A stretch of 64,000 nt of DNA from Bacillota bacterium (GTDB lineage: Bacteria; Bacillota; Clostridia; Lachnospirales; Lachnospiraceae), in the NCBI GenBank assembly GCA_023441965.1, contig JAEZNB010000078.1, positions 3,538 through 67,537 of the forward strand, read 5' to 3'. A model generated the notes under the pieces. The model saw only the letters and a program-made list of their open reading frames with translations, was not told the DNA's origin and did not search any database. Positions 63,050-64,000 of the stretch are shown here, piece after piece; position 1 is the first letter of the stretch; each line of letters begins with the position of its first letter. Position numbers and translations under genes: made by a program.

Positions 63050-64000
63050 ATGACACATACGCTTACAGAACAAGAGCGGAAAAGTATGAATGACAGAGGA
63101 CAGCTTCATCAGGGCAACCTTACCCGTATCCGTCGGGTGATGCGAAAAGCGCAGGAAGGGAAGGACCTTACGATAGGCTTTGTCGGTGGCTCCATCACGG
63201 CCGGCTCCTTGGCCAGTAAGCCTGAGAAGTGCTATGCAGCTCATGTCTTTCAGTGGTGGAAAAATCACTTCCCTAAGAGCCATATGACCTATATCAATGC
63301 AGGAGTCGGAGCGACCAGCTCTCAGTTCGCAGTGGCAAGGGTGGAGGAGGAGCTGCTTCGGTTTCATCCGGATTTCGTAATCGCCGAGTTCAGTGTAAAT
63401 GATCAGGATAATGATTTCTATAAGGAAACCTACGAAGGTCTGATCAGAAGAATTCTTCTGCATCCGGCAGAACCTGCCTTGTTTCTGTTCAATAATGTAT
63501 TCTATGATGACGGACATAATGCCCAGAGGGTACATAATGAGGTTGCTGCCTATTATGACCTTCCTGTTGTCAGCATGAAGGAAAGTATCTATGAGGAAGT
63601 AAAAAAGGGTACTCTTAGAGGGGAAGAGATCACTCCGGACCAGCTGCATCCCAATGATTACGGACATGAGCTGGTGGCCGGAGTCATTCTCCAACGGCTG
63701 GATGATATCTATCAGAGCTTAGACCAATATCAAGATCCGGCACCTACCTATACCATACCCGGCAACACCTTGACCGCCAACCGGTTCTTTGCCTCCATCC
63801 GCCTTAGTAATATCAATACTACCCCCAATATGTATGGATTTCTGACGGATAAGGAAGCAAAGGCCGGATGCTGGGATGTCTTCCGAGGAGGCTGGTATGG
63901 ATACCGTCGGGGAGACAGAATCTGCTTTCAGGTTACTGCCTCCCTGATTTCAATCCAGTATCGGAAGTATGCCAAACATCCTGCTCCCATTGCTCTGGCT
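63050..64000 (+). CDS. SGNH acetylesterase, CE17-like mannan 2-O-acetyl esterase (3'-truncated; absent from the ORF track)
   Basis: My translation: MTHTLTEQ...GFVGGSITAGS...NAGVGATSSQFAVAR...EFSVND...ITPDQLHPNDYGH; no stop before the window end. Confidence 0.82.
   Translation, partial: MTHTLTEQERKSMNDRGQLHQGNLTRIRRVMRKAQEGKDLTIGFVGGSITAGSLASKPEKCYAAHVFQWWKNHFPKSHMTYINAGVGATSSQFAVARVEEELLRFHPDFVIAEFSVNDQDNDFYKETYEGLIRRILLHPAEPALFLFNNVFYDDGHNAQRVHNEVAAYYDLPVVSMKESIYEEVKKGTLRGEEITPDQLHPNDYGHELVAGVILQRLDDIYQSLDQYQDPAPTYTIPGNTLTANRFFASIRLSNINTTPNMYGFLTDKEAKAGCWDVFRGGWYGYRRGDRICFQVTASLISIQYRKYAKHPAPIALA

Overview
Chromosomal segment from a spore-forming, polysaccharide-degrading Clostridia-class Firmicute (gene content and style are Lachnospiraceae-like; taxonomy is inferred, not proven). 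No rRNA, tRNA, transposase, prophage or true CRISPR array was seen. In order: phospholipid operon (PAP2, MprF-like TM protein, pssA, psd); OmpR/HK pair plus beta-propeller lipoprotein; yybP-ykoY Mn riboswitch plus extended UPF0016 exporter; arabinoxylan module (SGNH esterase, GH10 lipoprotein, GH51); chromate-transporter pair; niaX; Ldh_2 oxidoreductase; Ogg; CsfG-like RNA plus Tlp-like protein; non-discriminating aspS; SDR; thioesterase; fba; a 34-bp tandem array and a 248-nt rod-shaped RNA candidate; Cache-HAMP-GGDEF-EAL; tgt-yajC; spoVFAB-asnB; oppABCDF; GNAT; orphan priming glycosyltransferase; soluble MCP; and a >21 kb beta-mannan utilisation locus (2 LacI, ManA, epimerase, two GH130, CE17-like esterase) built around a nine-gene transporter (giant SBP, 4 permeases, NHL, Yip1, DUF5696, second SBP). 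The most notable observations are (1) an Asp/Asn leader-peptide attenuator (MRHLTFTTDRDND) rather than a T-box in front of aspS, (2) the unexplained rod-like RNA next to the tandem array, and (3) the NHL/Yip1/DUF5696 double-ABC uptake system tied here to mannan.
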